Of a DNA stretch of 64,000 nucleotides, positions 25,539 through 39,180 are shown one piece after another. Position numbers and translations under genes: made by a program. The stretch's first letter is position 1; every line of letters starts with the position of its first letter. Under the pieces are notes generated by a model. The model ran no database searches, was not told the DNA's origin, and saw only the letters and a list, made by a program, of their open reading frames with translations. Source of the stretch: Moniliella sp. 'wahieum' (lineage: Eukaryota). The stretch spans positions 496,001-560,000 of the forward strand of contig RSEE01000001.1 in the NCBI GenBank assembly GCA_003971905.1. Direction: 5' to 3'.

Positions 25539-27584
25539 ATGTCTGCCTCTTCCTCTTCCTTGCCGTCCCGCTCGCCCTCCCCCTCACCACTGCCAGCCTC
25601 CAACGGAGCTCCACGTGCCTCTCGCCTTCAGCTCGAACCCAATCCTTTTGAAGTCTCTTTCCGGTCACCGTCTGTCCGCTCGCACCCCACTCCTTCCAGC
25701 CCCTCGCCTCCTGCCAAGCCCAAGTCCAAAGAGTCCCCGAGCTCCACAATTGCTCCCGAAGCCCACTGTCGTTCTGACCCTACTTCCCCCTCCACAGCCA
25801 TCTCCCACACTTCCAAGGCCTGTGCAGACACTAGCAAACCCTCGCCTGAGAACCCCACAGGCAAACAATCTACCCTAGATGCACAGGCTGCCAACCAATC
25901 GACTGGCCTTGAATCACCGTTTCAGTCACAGCAACGCCCGCCTTCCCATGCCTCCGTCTCGGCCGAAGGCCGACCCAGTACACCGGTCCGCAGCCATGGC
26001 GTTAATTCGGGCTCCGTGTCCAGTGTTGGGTCAGGAACAGGTGGCGGCAGTGCTAGCACAGCCGCTACTACCTCTCTGCTAGCACCAGTGCACCCAAGGC
26101 GTTGCCAGGCATCGTCGCCCTCACCTCTCCGTCGGACGGAAGCCACCCATTCAATTGGGTCACCTCGCTCCGTGATGGCCCGCTGAGTCCCGCCATGCTC
26201 GGCGCTCCATCCGCCTCCCAGCAAGGGTTTGACGTGTCGGCGTTTCGCACGGGCTTGACCCCAGACATGCCCAACTTCAAGACCGGTCTTACGCCACTTG
26301 GATCAGGGATGAACGGGCCTCTCACCAATGCCAGCAATGCCGCTTTCCTTATGGCCTCTTCCAATAACGCCTCCAGTAGTTCCTCTGGCACCGTCGCCGC
26401 GTCGGGTACGCTTGCCATTAGTGCCCCTCCTTCCCAGGCTGGTGCACCAGCAACATTGACGCCCAACACGATCAACGCGTTGACCCAAGCCAGCACTCCG
26501 AAGCGTACCGCCAGCCACCAAACCGGAGCGCCTTTGGCAACGACCGAGGGATCGGCCGATTACTTTTCTGGCCGTGGTGTGAACGCTTCAGCGACAAGCG
26601 ACCGTCCTGGATCGCGGCTGCGCAACTCGGTCGTCCCCCAGGTCGCTGCTGACGGCGACGACGACCGTGCTGCACAGCCCAGGAATGGCTCGCCTTCGCA
26701 GCCCATGGTGCGTGGATCAACACCACCTAGTGCCAGCATTGCTCATTCGGCGGCTTCGGGACTGTACATGCTAAGCCGAGCCCACCATGAACTAACAAAG
26801 CGCGAGGGTCACACGGCTGCCGCCCAGGCGGCTGCGCAGGCTCTCCAGTCCATTCCATACCCGCCGATAAAAGAGGAGAGTGCCGAGGGGGCGACCAGTG
26901 CACAGTCCCGGGCTAAGCGCAAAATTTCGGACAACGCAGCAGAAGAGACCACCCCCTCCGTACCGGGCACGGGCAAAAGCCGGCCCACTGGGCGCGGCAA
27001 AAAGACTCGTGGAGAACCCAAGCGGGCACGCCAAATCAAGCACTCGCCTGAAGAGGAGAGCGACGAGGAAGCTTCGATTGGGCCTCACGGCGGCAATACG
27101 GAGGAAGAGAAGCGCAAGAACTTTTTGGAGCGCAATCGTCAGGCGGCCCTCAAGTGCCGGCAGCGTAAGAAGGTCTGGCTGCAATCCCTACAGCAAACGG
27201 TCGAGGCCTTGCGACAGGAAAACGGGATGCTGAAATCGACAGTGGAGGTGTTGCAGCAGGAGAGTGCGTATTTGCGCGCACAGCTGCTGCCCCACACGGC
27301 CACCAAGTATCCCAGCCGCCGTCGAGCATGCCCGCGGCCCCCGCCGCTCCCCCCTCCCTCCGGTACCCGGCTCCGCCTCCGGAACTGCCTCCACCTCAGT
27401 TCCTTCGCCCGGGCACACCTACCTCGCGCAAATGGCACGGCCTACCTTTGCCCCGCGCACACTGCCCTCTCATCCTGAGACGGCGGCAGAGTATGCGTAC
27501 GGTCAAATGCCGCCGCCTCCCCCGTCAAACGGGTTTAGGCAGCCGATTGCGCCGATAAATGGGAAAAAGATTGATGTGCAGTAA
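25539..27584 (+). CDS. ATF1: Atf1/Sko1-family (ATF/CREB) bZIP transcription factor
   Basis: Aft1 OSA-type motif LEPNPFEVSF, HRA-type SLRDGPLSPAML, repeated RTGLTP/KTGLTP, and basic region EEKRKNFLERNRQAALKCRQRKK followed by a leucine zipper. Confidence 0.92.
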
Positions 27585-28668
27585 CCGAGACGGTCAGCCA
27601 GCGGGTTGTTTGCGACTCCACCCTCGGTGTCCTGCGTCGGTGTCCTGTGTCATCGGGCATCATATTTCCATTCGTTGTCACGCTTTGTGTCATTGACTGA
27701 CTCTGCCTGCTGTGTGTTCCTCATCCCCCCTGCCTCTCTGTCCCTACGATCATGACAGTTTTTTTGTCAAACTGTCCAACTGTCTCTCTGGTGGGTGTCT
27801 CTCGCGTTCGTTTTCTCTGCCTCTCTGTCTCCCTCGGCCTCTCGGTCTCGGCCCTGGTTCTGTCTGTCAATACTAGGAGGGTCTTTCAGCAGCCCCCCCC
27901 TTCTTAGTGCATATGCGCATCCTGTACCGTTCGGCTGCCTGTTATTGCTATTGGCGTGTGCGTACAGCTAATATAGCATGGCGGCACGGTGTGACCATAG
28001 CATTTTGGATCCTCTCCTCCAGCTTTAGAGGAGGGAGCCAAGGGCAGGGTGTGTAGCCGTTGGATGGGGCCCCACGTCATTCACCCGACATGTTGACAAC
28101 CTGACAAAACATTCCGCATCCGTCGCCGTTCCTACTCCTGCCAAGATAGTAGCTGCTTCTTTTCCTGCAGCGTTACCTTTCGGCCGAGACTGGCAGAGCG
28201 TGGGCCAGGTTGCAGCCCGCGTCCGATCCAACCCACCCCAGTCGGGCGACAACTGCGGGGGGCATGTTGCTTACTGGAGACGGAGGAGACGTGGTATAAC
28301 TGCCGCCCCCCGCAGGGCCAGTTGAACGTTCCACCTCTGGCAGCGCCAGCAATCTAGGCACTTGATGGGGACGAAGTGGGCGGAGAAAGGGCAAGAACGG
28401 GAGACGCGCCCCGTGGCATTGCCGTGGTTCGCGTGGCGCACCTTGGGTGAGAGCCTGCGCCAGCGATGGTCCCCCGCCTGAGACGCGGCACGGCTGGCAC
28501 GGCACGCAGAGGACGCAGGGCGGAGTGGCGAATGTTTACCGCCATTGCTCGCCCCCGGCCCTGGTTTATTACCTCAGCCGGGCGCGAGAGGGGAGTGCAG
28601 GCCTCCTGAGGCGCATGTGCTTTCTTGCCCGCACACCCTCCGACTCTGGCCGCGCCCTGGCCGCTCCC

Positions 28669-31600
28669 ATGCACGTCTCTGCAATGGGCAGCGTGCTGTC
28701 CACGCCTCCACCCGCCCTCTGGACCGCCGCCGCCGCCATCGCCGTGTCCACTGCCGCTCTCCGCCTCCGCCCCGCCCCTTCCGCCGTCAGCGCCTCCCAA
28801 CTGGTTGGCTTGGTTGTTGCCAGCGCTCTCGTCCTGCATGTCCCCTGGCCTGTGTGGGTGTTGCTGGCGCTACCTCTTTCAACGCTGGGGCGTTCGCCGC
28901 AGTACTGGCCCTTCCCATCCTCCTCGCTCTTCTCGAGCAGCGCTACGGCAACCTCGGTCCCCGCTCCCTGCCTCCCGTACGCCCTCTGCACCTTGCTACT
29001 CCAGATGGCCTCGACGCATACGTGGCCTCCCAGGCGCCGACATCCGATGCGCAAGAGGCCGAGGCGAGCCTGTGCAGTGTGCCATACCCGCTTCGTCCCG
29101 GCGTGCGCCAACTGATCGCCTATATCATGCGTGACTTTGTCCGCTCCTGGCACGCCCGGCTCCTGCCTCCCAGGACGAAACCGAATTCGCCTCGCCCGGC
29201 GCATTCCCCCACGCTGGAGGACAGTTTGTACATGGTGATCGACCAGGCGTGTGCGCGCCTGCAGCGGATGGACCTTGAGCGGCTGCTTACCACCAAGCTT
29301 CTCCCCGTGCTGACCGAACACGTGGCTCAGTTTCGCAAGGCCGAGATTACACTCCATGGCGGCGACGGCGACGTGACGCTCGATGGCTTGACGCAAACAG
29401 GACAAGACGACCTTTTTCTTGCCAAGGCGTACCGCTCTGGTCGGCTACATCCCGCGGTGTCTACGCTGGCCAGTGTTGCCAGTCGACCTAGCGAGATGCG
29501 GTACCTCTCAAGGCTGGTGGATCGGGTGCTGAAGGCGCTCCTTCCAGAGCGAGACTACAGCTGCTCGGTGCTCGCCGTGAGCCTTCGTGATATTCTAACA
29601 GGCACCGTGACCCAGCCGTTGCTTGACATGCTTTCCGACCCGGACTTTGTCAACCAGCAGCTCAGTCGCCGTGCTGGGGACGCACTGCAGGAACAACATA
29701 TGATCGAGCGACTGCGAGAGTTTCTCGATCAGCATGTTGACGACCCTCCACCTCCGCCTGTCCCTGCTGCCCCAGCTCCCCGGAAGACGGGTAATATGGG
29801 GCGGTATGATGCGCTGTTGGAAACGATTGGTAGGAAGCAATCGATCGTCGAAGTGCGGCAGTTGCGGAACGACCTCGAGACCCGGCAACGCAAAGTAAAT
29901 CGTTTTATTCGAATCGCGTCATGGCGCGTCTTCAGGTACTGAGGTGCGCTTGGCGCGCGTGTCAGCGCGCAAGATCCAACAAGCGATAAACAAGGCGGAT
30001 CACGCATTGCCGATCTTGGAGGCCATCTGCCGTCCCCTTCGCAGTCCCAACCGACCTTCCGCCATTTGGGTTTGATGTGGTGCTGCACAACTCGGCTGCT
30101 CTGTCATACTTTATGGAGTTTGAGGAGCGGAGGGACAAGTCCCCCGCTCTCCAGTTCTGGCTGGTGGTCAACATTTAAGGATCCACTCGAAACCGTTGAT
30201 ACGGATCTGGACAAAGAAGACGATATGGATATTGGGCTCGTTTTCCCTGAGCCTGGGCCTGGAGTCGACGCAGAGACGGTGCAAACACTCCGGGACGATC
30301 TGCAGCTGTTTTTGGATGAATATCTCTCCTCCCCTGCAGTCCCGATCCATGCGCGTGAACGGGAGGCGATTCAACCTTCCTTCGCAATGCCCAGGATCCT
30401 GAGAGTCGCAGCCGAATCACATCGACCGACGTACGCCGGACACGGCATGCTGTTATGCGGGCCCAGAACCAAGTCTACACAGCCATGAAAGAGGAGGACT
30501 GGCCGCCTTTCTCCCACTCCGAGCTCTACCACCAAGCACGGCAAGAATGGGCGCGCACCCTCAATGCGCTGCCCCCAGCCAAACCGTATCAATTGGTCGA
30601 GGGCGTTCGCCAGGATGATGCGAAAGTGGTGCGCGTGCGGCCGTGGACCAAAGGCGCATGCCGAGCTATTTGGTCAAGATGACGAAGATGCGCTCTTTGG
30701 TCAGACTGGCGGCAACAGCCAAGCCGCCCGCAAGACCAACTTGGACTACCTGACTGCCATTCAGACTCGAGGGAACGATGGTCGCTCGCCTCTCTTTCCG
30801 ACAATCTTTTTGGCGAAACAGATCCCCTGCACCCTATCCCGACCCCTGATAGGGGGGCCGATGGTATTGAACGAATGGATGCCATTCAGACCGCGCTGCA
30901 ATCTCTTATCCTCACCGAGCATCCAGAACCGTCACGGACGCAGCAAAAATCAGTTGAACGTCGTGACGAAGCGGGTCGACCCATCATGCCCGAGCTGCAA
31001 GACGCGGCGGTGCAAAGCTCAAATTGCCCCCAAGGCCGAGTTCACTTCCCTTCGCCAATTGGAGAGCGGGCCGAGCGGTTGAAAAGGAGGAAGAATTGTT
31101 GGGCAATTTGCTTCGCAATGCTGAGCAAACTGGCGCGAGCACAGAGCAAGTGCGGGTAATCCAAAAGTCTCAACGAGCCGTTGCCCGCGAGCTTGCCACG
31201 GTGTCGGTGCAGCGACGACAGGCCGAAGAGCATCGTACCTCGGTGTATCCAGACCACTTGGTTCCGGGTTTGGTGCGGGTGCTAATCCAGGCGTACCAGC
31301 TGAAGCGCGACGCAGACGGGCGCGAGTATGCCCACTATTTGATTGAAGTCCATCTCCTTCACCCTGGCGTAGGAGGGCGAGAGCCACAGTTGGCCTCAGG
31401 GTGGATTGTGCAACGACGCTACTCGGAGTTTTGGGCGTTGCATCAAGCCCTGAAGGATGTGATTCCGGGTGTGCGTGCACTCGAGTCTGAGCTTCCTGGT
31501 CGGCGTTTAGTGCCGATGACCTCACCCATGTTCTTGGACCACGCCGGGCTGCGCTCGAGCGCTACCTCCAACTGCTCGTCGCCAACGATGCGGCATGCGC

Positions 31601-32420
31601 TTCATCTGAGGTGTATGCCTTTTTGCGGAGGGGGCACCTACCCCGGCGGACCGGTGGCTGGACCCTCGACAAGTCGTAGTCTGCTCGATACATTCGTGAA
31701 GGGTGCCACGGGTGTGGCTGAAGGCTTGGACGATCTGATCAATCCAGCATCCATGTTTGATGCGGTGCTGCAGCAATTGTCAATGGAAAGTCCGCTGAGC
31801 GTCTGGGCCCCTGTCCCTTTGGGCCCGAGCTGGGCCTCTTTGGGCAAACGATCCGATGCTCAGTACAAGAGGCGCAGACTCGAACGCGACGCTCTCTCCA
31901 TTTCGGATCTGTTTATCGAGATTTTCGAACTACAGTCGGCCGACAACTGGCTCCGACGCCAAGCCGTTGTGATTGTTTTGCAGCAGCTGCTCGCCGGAAC
32001 GATTCAACGCCGTGTGTCCGATACCCTGACTAGTTGGACGTCGGTAGCAGCCTTGAATCGATACATCTCTCTGACGCGTCAGTCGCTCTGGCCAGGCGGA
32101 GAGCGGCGGCGTAAAGGAGGAGAGCAACGCCTGCCGGTACAAAAGGCAGAGACACGCGAGCGTGCCAACGAACAACTCTCAACCCTGATCCCTGGTACGT
32201 TTTCTTGTCTTTCCTGTGCCGCGTCACTCCTAACTGATCTGGGCCTGATTTTTCTGCCGCTTGAACAGAGATGGCGGCCAATATGATCGGCCGTCAAAAC
32301 GCTCGACGCGGTGTGCGTTGCCTGTTTGCCATGGTGCAAAACCAGCGACTCAACAAACATCTCCTGTATACCCTTCTGGACGTGATCGTCGACGAGCTGA
32401 TTGGCCAGCAACCCAACTGA
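28669..32420 (+). CDS. Mdm1/SNX13-14-25-type sorting nexin (TM-PXA-RGS-PX-PXC)
   Basis: N-terminal hydrophobic segments; PXA motif LIAYIMRDFVRSWH...LSDPDFVNQ; RGS-like LSYFMEFEERR...LQFWL; PX motif WIVQRRYSEFWALHQALK; PXC motifs LFIEIFEL...WLRRQA and NQRLNKHLLYTLLDVIV. Intron 32195..32268. Confidence 0.9.
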
Positions 32421-33212
32421 AGGCCCACCGCTGCAAGAGACATTCGGAAACGACGAGCCGTGCAAGTATGCTTTCGATTCTATCATCCCTCATTTCACCT
32501 ACTATGAGGGATCGCTTCATGGGTTTTGCCTCTCTTGTATTTGGCCGAAAATCACCCTTGTCTGTTCCCACCTGTCAACTAGTACCCTCGGCTGATGTCC
32601 ACACCTTTCTCAGGCCACATACCCTCAGCTGCACCTCCCCTGATATCATCTTGAAAACTCCCCCCGCATTCAATCTTCAATCAATTCATTCGTCCCATAT
32701 TAGCACAGCGCATCAGAGAGCGGCAGGGGTTGTACCCCTGTGATAGTACCCAATGGTCAATGATGAGCAAGGCAGGACTGCTGATACTGAAGCTCTCAAC
32801 GGGTGTAGAATGTACTGATGTTTCATCGATCTTCAGTCGCGAAGGCAATCTGCTGCCGCGTCTCGACACAGACGGCCGAGGAGGGACTTCCTGTGGAAAT
32901 TCATTTGTGCCTCTCCCGATCGACAGCGACCCCCCCATTTAAACTGCATTGCAAGGAGAACCGTCCCTAATGGTACGACGTGATGTTTCATGCAGCTTGA
33001 GGACTGCCAGCAACAGCTTGTCTGGTCCTGGACAATGGGCCGAAGTGTTTGGGGGTGAACGTATGTTCCACAATTACCTCCCGGCAGACGCAGCACTACT
33101 ATCATGCATATTCATGTTTGCTGATTGACGCGAAGCGGAAGCGTCGGAGGCAATACAGTCCGATAGGCATACGTGCATTTCTTTATTGCATGGACATTCC
33201 AAACAAAGGGCA

Positions 33213-34321
33213 TTATGCGTTCCACTGAGGAAGGCTCTCAGATGGACTAAGTCCTTGATGCACACATCCAACGTCTTTTGCCACGTGTCAAACGACATGT
33301 GCAGCAGATCCGTGGCGTACGATGTATCAAGCACCGCATACGACTCTTGTGTCTTGATAGTAGATTCTTCCCATCCGTTAGGAAGACGAGTCTTCAGTTC
33401 AGGGAAGGTTTGCGCGATATGGTGAACGGCAGCACCCCAATTGAAAGCCCCGCCTGACAAAAGGAAGCGCTTGCCTCCGGCTGTAGGAGTCGCCATGGCC
33501 CGTACGTGGGCTTCGGCTACATCCGGGGCCGAGCAGAGAGGAAGACGGTCACCAGGCATTTCCGGCGCATTCGAGATAAGCTGCAAGGCCAAGGGGCAAC
33601 CACGTTAGCTCACAATACGCAAACGTCATCAGACGGAGTATACGCACATTGTAAATTGCAGCCGAGCTCGTGTTGAGTGTCTTGCGTGTCGCCCATGGAA
33701 GGCTGGTTCCATAGATCATGGGGGGATTGATCGTGGCAAGGTCGAACTGAGGCTTGTGCTCTTTGACAAAGTCCCACGCTGCCTTCTCTGCCAGCTTTTT
33801 GCTTGCACTATAGGCGACCGCCCCCCTTGTGCCAAGGCCTCGGCACGGCCAAACGGCTGCCAGTCTTGCGGGGTGTATGTGAAGCCTGGCCGATTGGGGC
33901 CGCCCTTAGTAAAGTCGGTGACAGCCGCAAACGACGAGGTAACCACAACACGGCGCACAGTGGGGGCTTTGGCTGCATAGCGTAGTGCGTTGAGCGTCCC
34001 TTCGACGGCCGGATGAAGCAGTTGGGCCTCAACATCGGTCACGTTGGTGATAACGTAGGGGGAAGCAACGTGCAGCACATACGTCACCCCGTCCATGGCC
34101 TCCGTCAGGTCCGAAGAAGCCGTATCCTTGACTTCAACCAACTCGACGCGCGCCTTGTCGGCCGGGTTTGCCAGGGCATTGTAGACGCGCTCCTGCGACG
34201 CAGCCAAACTGCGCACAGTGCCGCGCACGCGGTAGAGCTCGGGGGCGGCCAGGACGGCAGCCACAACGTGCTGCGCAAGGAAGCCGGTCGCACCGGTCAC
34301 AAGTACGAGGTCGCCGGCCAT
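33213..34321 (-). CDS. Extended SDR, NADPH-dependent aldehyde/methylglyoxal reductase (Gre2/Ari1-like)
   Basis: VLVTGATGFLA, VLHVASP, PAVEGTLNAL, VVVTSSFAAV, catalytic YSASK (after a frameshift at ~33815), DVAEAHV, GKRFLL. Probable intron ~33650-33580. Confidence 0.9.
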
Positions 34322-34842
34322 GGTTCAGGTGGTGGTGGAGCGAGCGGCTGGGATCGGCGGCAAACGGAGATGACGCGGACGGGGCGAACGGCGGGGCACC
34401 CTCGCTGGCGTAATCCGCAGAATCGGTGATCGACCACGAAGCGATAATCGGCAATCGGTTATCGGATCGTCTCCTCGTCTACCCGCCGGAACCTGCGGGA
34501 CGGCCGGCCGAGAAGCGGGAACGTGGAACCCGGCGAGCGCCGACGTGGAAACGTGGAAGCGCGGGACGAGCGGTGACCGGCCGGTGATAGATGAACCACA
34601 CACGATCCTTCATCCTTGCAGTTCGCCCCACGTGACTGCGCGGGCCGTGCGGGGGCAGGGGGCTGCCCTGTTACGTCAGCAGTGCGCTCCAGCGCACAGC
34701 ATGCGCCCGTAGGGTTGTTTCGAACGGCGCCAGTGTCGCCCTCGACCCCAGCCCAGCGGGAGGCGCGACCACAGCCCCGGGCGGTGCCCGTCGCCCGTCT
34801 CCACCACCTTCTCTTGGCGACCTCCTGCTGTGCTTGCCCACC

Positions 34843-36843
34843 ATGGAGACCGACGAGCAGCTGTACCCCATCGCTGTTCTCATCGATGAGCTCAAGAGTG
34901 ACGATGTGAATCTGCGCCTCAACGCCATCCGCCGCCTCGGCACCATTGCGCTCGCACTTGGCCCCGAGCGGGCACGCGGCGAGCTCATCACCTTCCTCCA
35001 GGACAGCCTCGATGACGAGGACGAGGGCTGATGGCTCTTGCTGAGGAGCTGAGCGTCCCCTTTGTCGATTACATTGGTGGTCCCGCCTACGCCCACTTGC
35101 TGCTCCCGCCGTTGGAAAACCTCGCCGCCGTTGAGGAGGCCGTCGTCCGCGACAAGGCGACAGAGTCCATCGCCAAAATCTCGACCGTGCTCAGCACGCA
35201 GCAGATTGAGGAGTATTACATGGCTCTCCTCCGCCGTCTTGCTACTGGCGACTGGTTCACCTCCCGCACCTCCTCTACCGCCCTTTTTACCCCGGTTTAC
35301 CCCAAGGTCAGCCTCCAGACTCAGGCTGAGCTGCGCGAGAAGTTTGCCAAGCTCTGTGCTGATGAGACCCCCATGGTCCGCCGCGCTGCTGCACGCGATC
35401 TTGCAGTACGTTTCTTTTTCTTATTCCTCCGAATGAGACTGACATAAATGCTCTTTAGGGTTTTGTCAAGGTATTGGGCAAGGAGCTGGTGGTGAGTGAT
35501 GCGATTCCACTTTATCGCCGCTTGTCGTCGGACGACCAAGACAGCGTGCGCTCTTGACCGTTGAAGACTTGGTTGCTATCTCGGAGGAACTGGCGCCTGA
35601 AGAGGTGGCTGGCTACATGCTGCCTTCGATCCGCGCTTCGGTCGGAGACAAGAGCTGGCGCGTTCGCTACATGGCTGCCGACAACTTTGTCAAGCTGGCT
35701 ACGGCAGTGGGGCAGGAGATTGTGAGGAACGAACTGGTGGTTGCGTTTGTGCATCTACTCCAGGACAATGAGGCGGAGGTTCGCACGGCGGCAACAAGCC
35801 AGCTTCCCGGGTTTGCCAAACTGATCAACGATCCCTCGATCGTGCTTTCCCGCATCTTCCCGTCGTCCGTGATCTGTCGAACGACGCGAGTCAACACGTT
35901 CGAGCTGTCCTGGCCTTGCAAATTTCGGGGTTGGCCCCGCTGCTGGGCAAGGAGGCTACGACTGAGCATCTTTTGCCAATCTTTTTGAACCTGCTCAAGG
36001 ATGATTTCCCCGATGTCCGCCTTCACATCATCTCCAAACTCGACCAAGTAAACGAAGGTATGTTGTTTCCGCTTGTCTGCTCGGTTGATGGAGAGCTAAC
36101 CCAGTCGGGTTGCAGTGATCGGCATTGACTCGCTATCGCAGTCGCTCCTGCCTGCGATTGTTGAACTTGCGGAGGACAAGCAGTGGCGTGTGCGGGAGGC
36201 GATCATTAACTACATCCCGCTCCTCGCTCAACAACTGGGAATGGCCTTCTTTGATGAGCAGCTGTCGGTGTTGTGTATGACCTGGCTGGGCGATACAGTA
36301 TTCTCCATCCGGGAAGCGGCGACGGTCAACCTGCGCAAGTTGACCGAGGTGTTTGGGGTTGAGTGGGCCAAGCAGGCCATTTTGCCCAAAGTGTTGGAGC
36401 TTGGCAAGCACCCCAACTACCTCTACCGCATGACCACCATCTTTGCTATCTCGACCATGGCTCCGGCCCTGGACCGACCGACGATTGCAAAAACGGTGCT
36501 GCCGACGGTCTCGGCGCTGATGGCTGATCCTATTCCCAACATTCGGTTCAACGTCGCCAAAGCACTGGAAGTGCTGACGCATTTGCTGCTCGGTACGCGC
36601 GATCCCGACCCGGCCCCTGGGGCGGGTGCGGCTGCCGAGGGAGAGACTAAGGAGAAGGCAGCTGCGCCGGCGCCGCTTCCGCCGCCGACGCCGGCCGAAC
36701 AGCAACTGGCGCACGAAGCGTTGCAGACCACCATCCTACCCGGTCTGGCGAAGCTGAAGGAAGACCCAGACGCGGATGTGCGGTACTTTGCCCAAAAGGC
36801 GCTCACCTCGCTTCCTGCGTCGGTGACCGCAGGGCGTGTGTAA
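34843..36843 (+). CDS. TPD3: Protein phosphatase 2A scaffold (A) subunit, HEAT repeats
   Basis: [91 protein letters not shown]. Introns 35406..35458 and 36058..36115. Confidence 0.98.
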
Positions 36844-38669
36844 TTGCCACCCGTGCCCACCGCCCCCGCTTTCCCACCGTTATACTGCCCCCCTCTCCCT
36901 CTCCCCCTTTCTTGAACAAGATGTCCTGGCTGGTGCATGTGTTGGGTAGGAAGACGTAGCCAGTCAAGTGTTCGTAGCTCGGCCGTTGAGATTTACGGAA
37001 AGGGGCGAAACAGCACAGCCTGGGTAGATGTTGGACATTAGAAGAGATCCCAAGGACGCTGTGGAAGTGATGGAATGCGACCAATACCGCCTATCAGTAG
37101 CAGTGCGCATACAGGCACGGATGGGGTGAAAGGTGTATATTGAGGCCGTCAAAAATTAACGAAGGGCAAGGAGCGTGGCCTATTACAATGGAACGGCGTT
37201 CACTAAACCACAGAAGGCCATAAAGCACATCAATAGCCAAAGAAGGTATATGTTGGCGAGAGAAGCCGATCCCAAGATTGGGCAATGATACCAAAGGAAG
37301 AGAACCATCGAAAGACTAAACCAGTTTATCACTTTCTTTAAGCTCCTTCAAGCCGAATCGGTCGAACGAACTTGGGTCTCGATCCTGTATCTCAAAAGCC
37401 ATATTGCCCGTAGGGGGTAAAGCTTAGGATGCACTGATCTATAGCCTCGCGATCAAAGAAAAAGCATGCCCAAGTCATCCCACACGAACTCCGTCTGTAA
37501 GAGCGCAGGGAGAGGTCGAAGCGGTCCCAGGAAATGTCCGTCTGTGCGGGATGGCATCCGAGGGAATGGGGCCCAATAGATCATTGGTGGCCACCAGGGA
37601 AACAAATTAAGGTGAACCCACGCACAGTGGAAGCGACGATCAAAGTGAAATCAGGGGGGTCGGAGGCAGCCTCGGGTCCTAAAGCGGTAGGGGAATGCAG
37701 TATAGTGACGACTTTTTGTGAACGGGAGTCCAAACAAGGTCAAAAGCATATGGGAACAGAACATAGGATGGGAGGGAAAACGCACCATCATTTGCTCTTG
37801 CGGTAGGTGTGTCAGACGCGCGGAAGGGGAACAGGTATGGCGAATGTTTGGTAGATGAGAATCCCATCTGTGCGGTGTGAACGCGGACGGACTTGGTGTC
37901 AAGTCCTCATTCTGACCCCGAAGGTCGACAGCTTGAATACTTCGTGCCAGAGCGACAGAGGTGGCATATACTCGGATAGCGCCATCTGTTCATCCGACAT
38001 GATGGGGGAAATAGTGTCACTAATCGACGCGAGTTGCTTCACTACCCTGTGAACATCATGCTCCGAGGGGGAGAGCGAGAAGGGTAAAGGGTAGGCCACG
38101 CCGGAGGGCAATCACTAATTCCAACGATGAACGCGTTGGGGCTTCTCTGGGAAGTGCGTTTCCGGGCGTGGCATCTCACTGATGGGAAGACGGATTCAAG
38201 ACGCGGGTCCAGACCTGGTACGGATGGACCAGGCGAGCATGGCCCCAGGATAGATCGGCTTATGCTCGGTCGTGCCCGATAGGGGATGGGACCAGTATTA
38301 GTAGAAGTGCGGAGGATAATAATGCAAGAAAGAGCAGAGTATTTTGCTGTATGCAGGACATGGCGAACGATCGGACCTGGGATGGTGGTGAGAGAGGAAT
38401 AAGCGCGGGTAAGGGGGATTTTATGGTCGCCGTCCACTGGAGGAGGCTGATGGGTACTATTCATGGGCCTCTGTGGCAGCAGTGCTGTTCCTCATGTCCC
38501 TCTGCTGAAACACACAGTGTGGATATGCGGTGGTGATTCATGACTGGCCTGCCTTTCCCCTCGAGGGGGGTGGGGGCGAGAGTGACATGAATAGCTGTGC
38601 TGATGGGGAGCCCATGAGCCATGCAAAAGTAGTCTCTCCTGTGGACGTTTTAGGATCTCTATACTGAAT

Positions 38670-39180
38670 CCATATCATTGACGGAGCTTAAGGCTGGGGC
38701 AAAAAGAAATGGTGCGCCGAAACCGAACCGTTCATCTTGCGTGTGCAGCTTGTTAGCGCCGACCCCGTTTGAGGAACCAGGGGAATCGCCAGAAGATCAG
38801 GACCCTCTGCTGCCCGCCATCCGTTCCTGTACCCGAGGAAGCGCGTGTGGATACGGGGATGAGCCTGGTAGACATAATCCGAGCGGTGAACCATCGCCAT
38901 CATTTGAAGAGACTCAGTAGTTAATTCCTTCCAAGTGCCATCAAGCATCTTCCCCGCTGTCTTGGTAGCATAGTATCCTCACATCGTCAAAGCCAAGAAG
39001 GAAAACGGTTCTTGTTGGGAGCATCCCTGGTACTTGACTTTCTTGTCGCATTCTGGTTGTTCCAATAGCCGAATATATCCTCGCCCGCGCTGAGAGAGAG
39101 AACCGTCATTGTCGTCTCCACAATGTTGGGGCTTGTTAATTGTGCCTCTTTTTTGAAGAATCGAACTCTTTCTGTACGGA
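38670..39180 (-). mobile_element. Decayed 3' fragment of an RLE-type non-LTR retrotransposon (copy 1)
   Basis: 38676-39014 aligns by eye along its length with 46473-46788. The minus strand, across frameshifts, reads MTVLSLSAGEDIFG...LEQPECDKKVKYQG...KNRF...GYYAT...WKEL...RIHTRFLG, resembling the DxTV...ExxKxxKY...FxPL...G C-terminus of restriction-like endonucleases. Confidence 0.55.
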
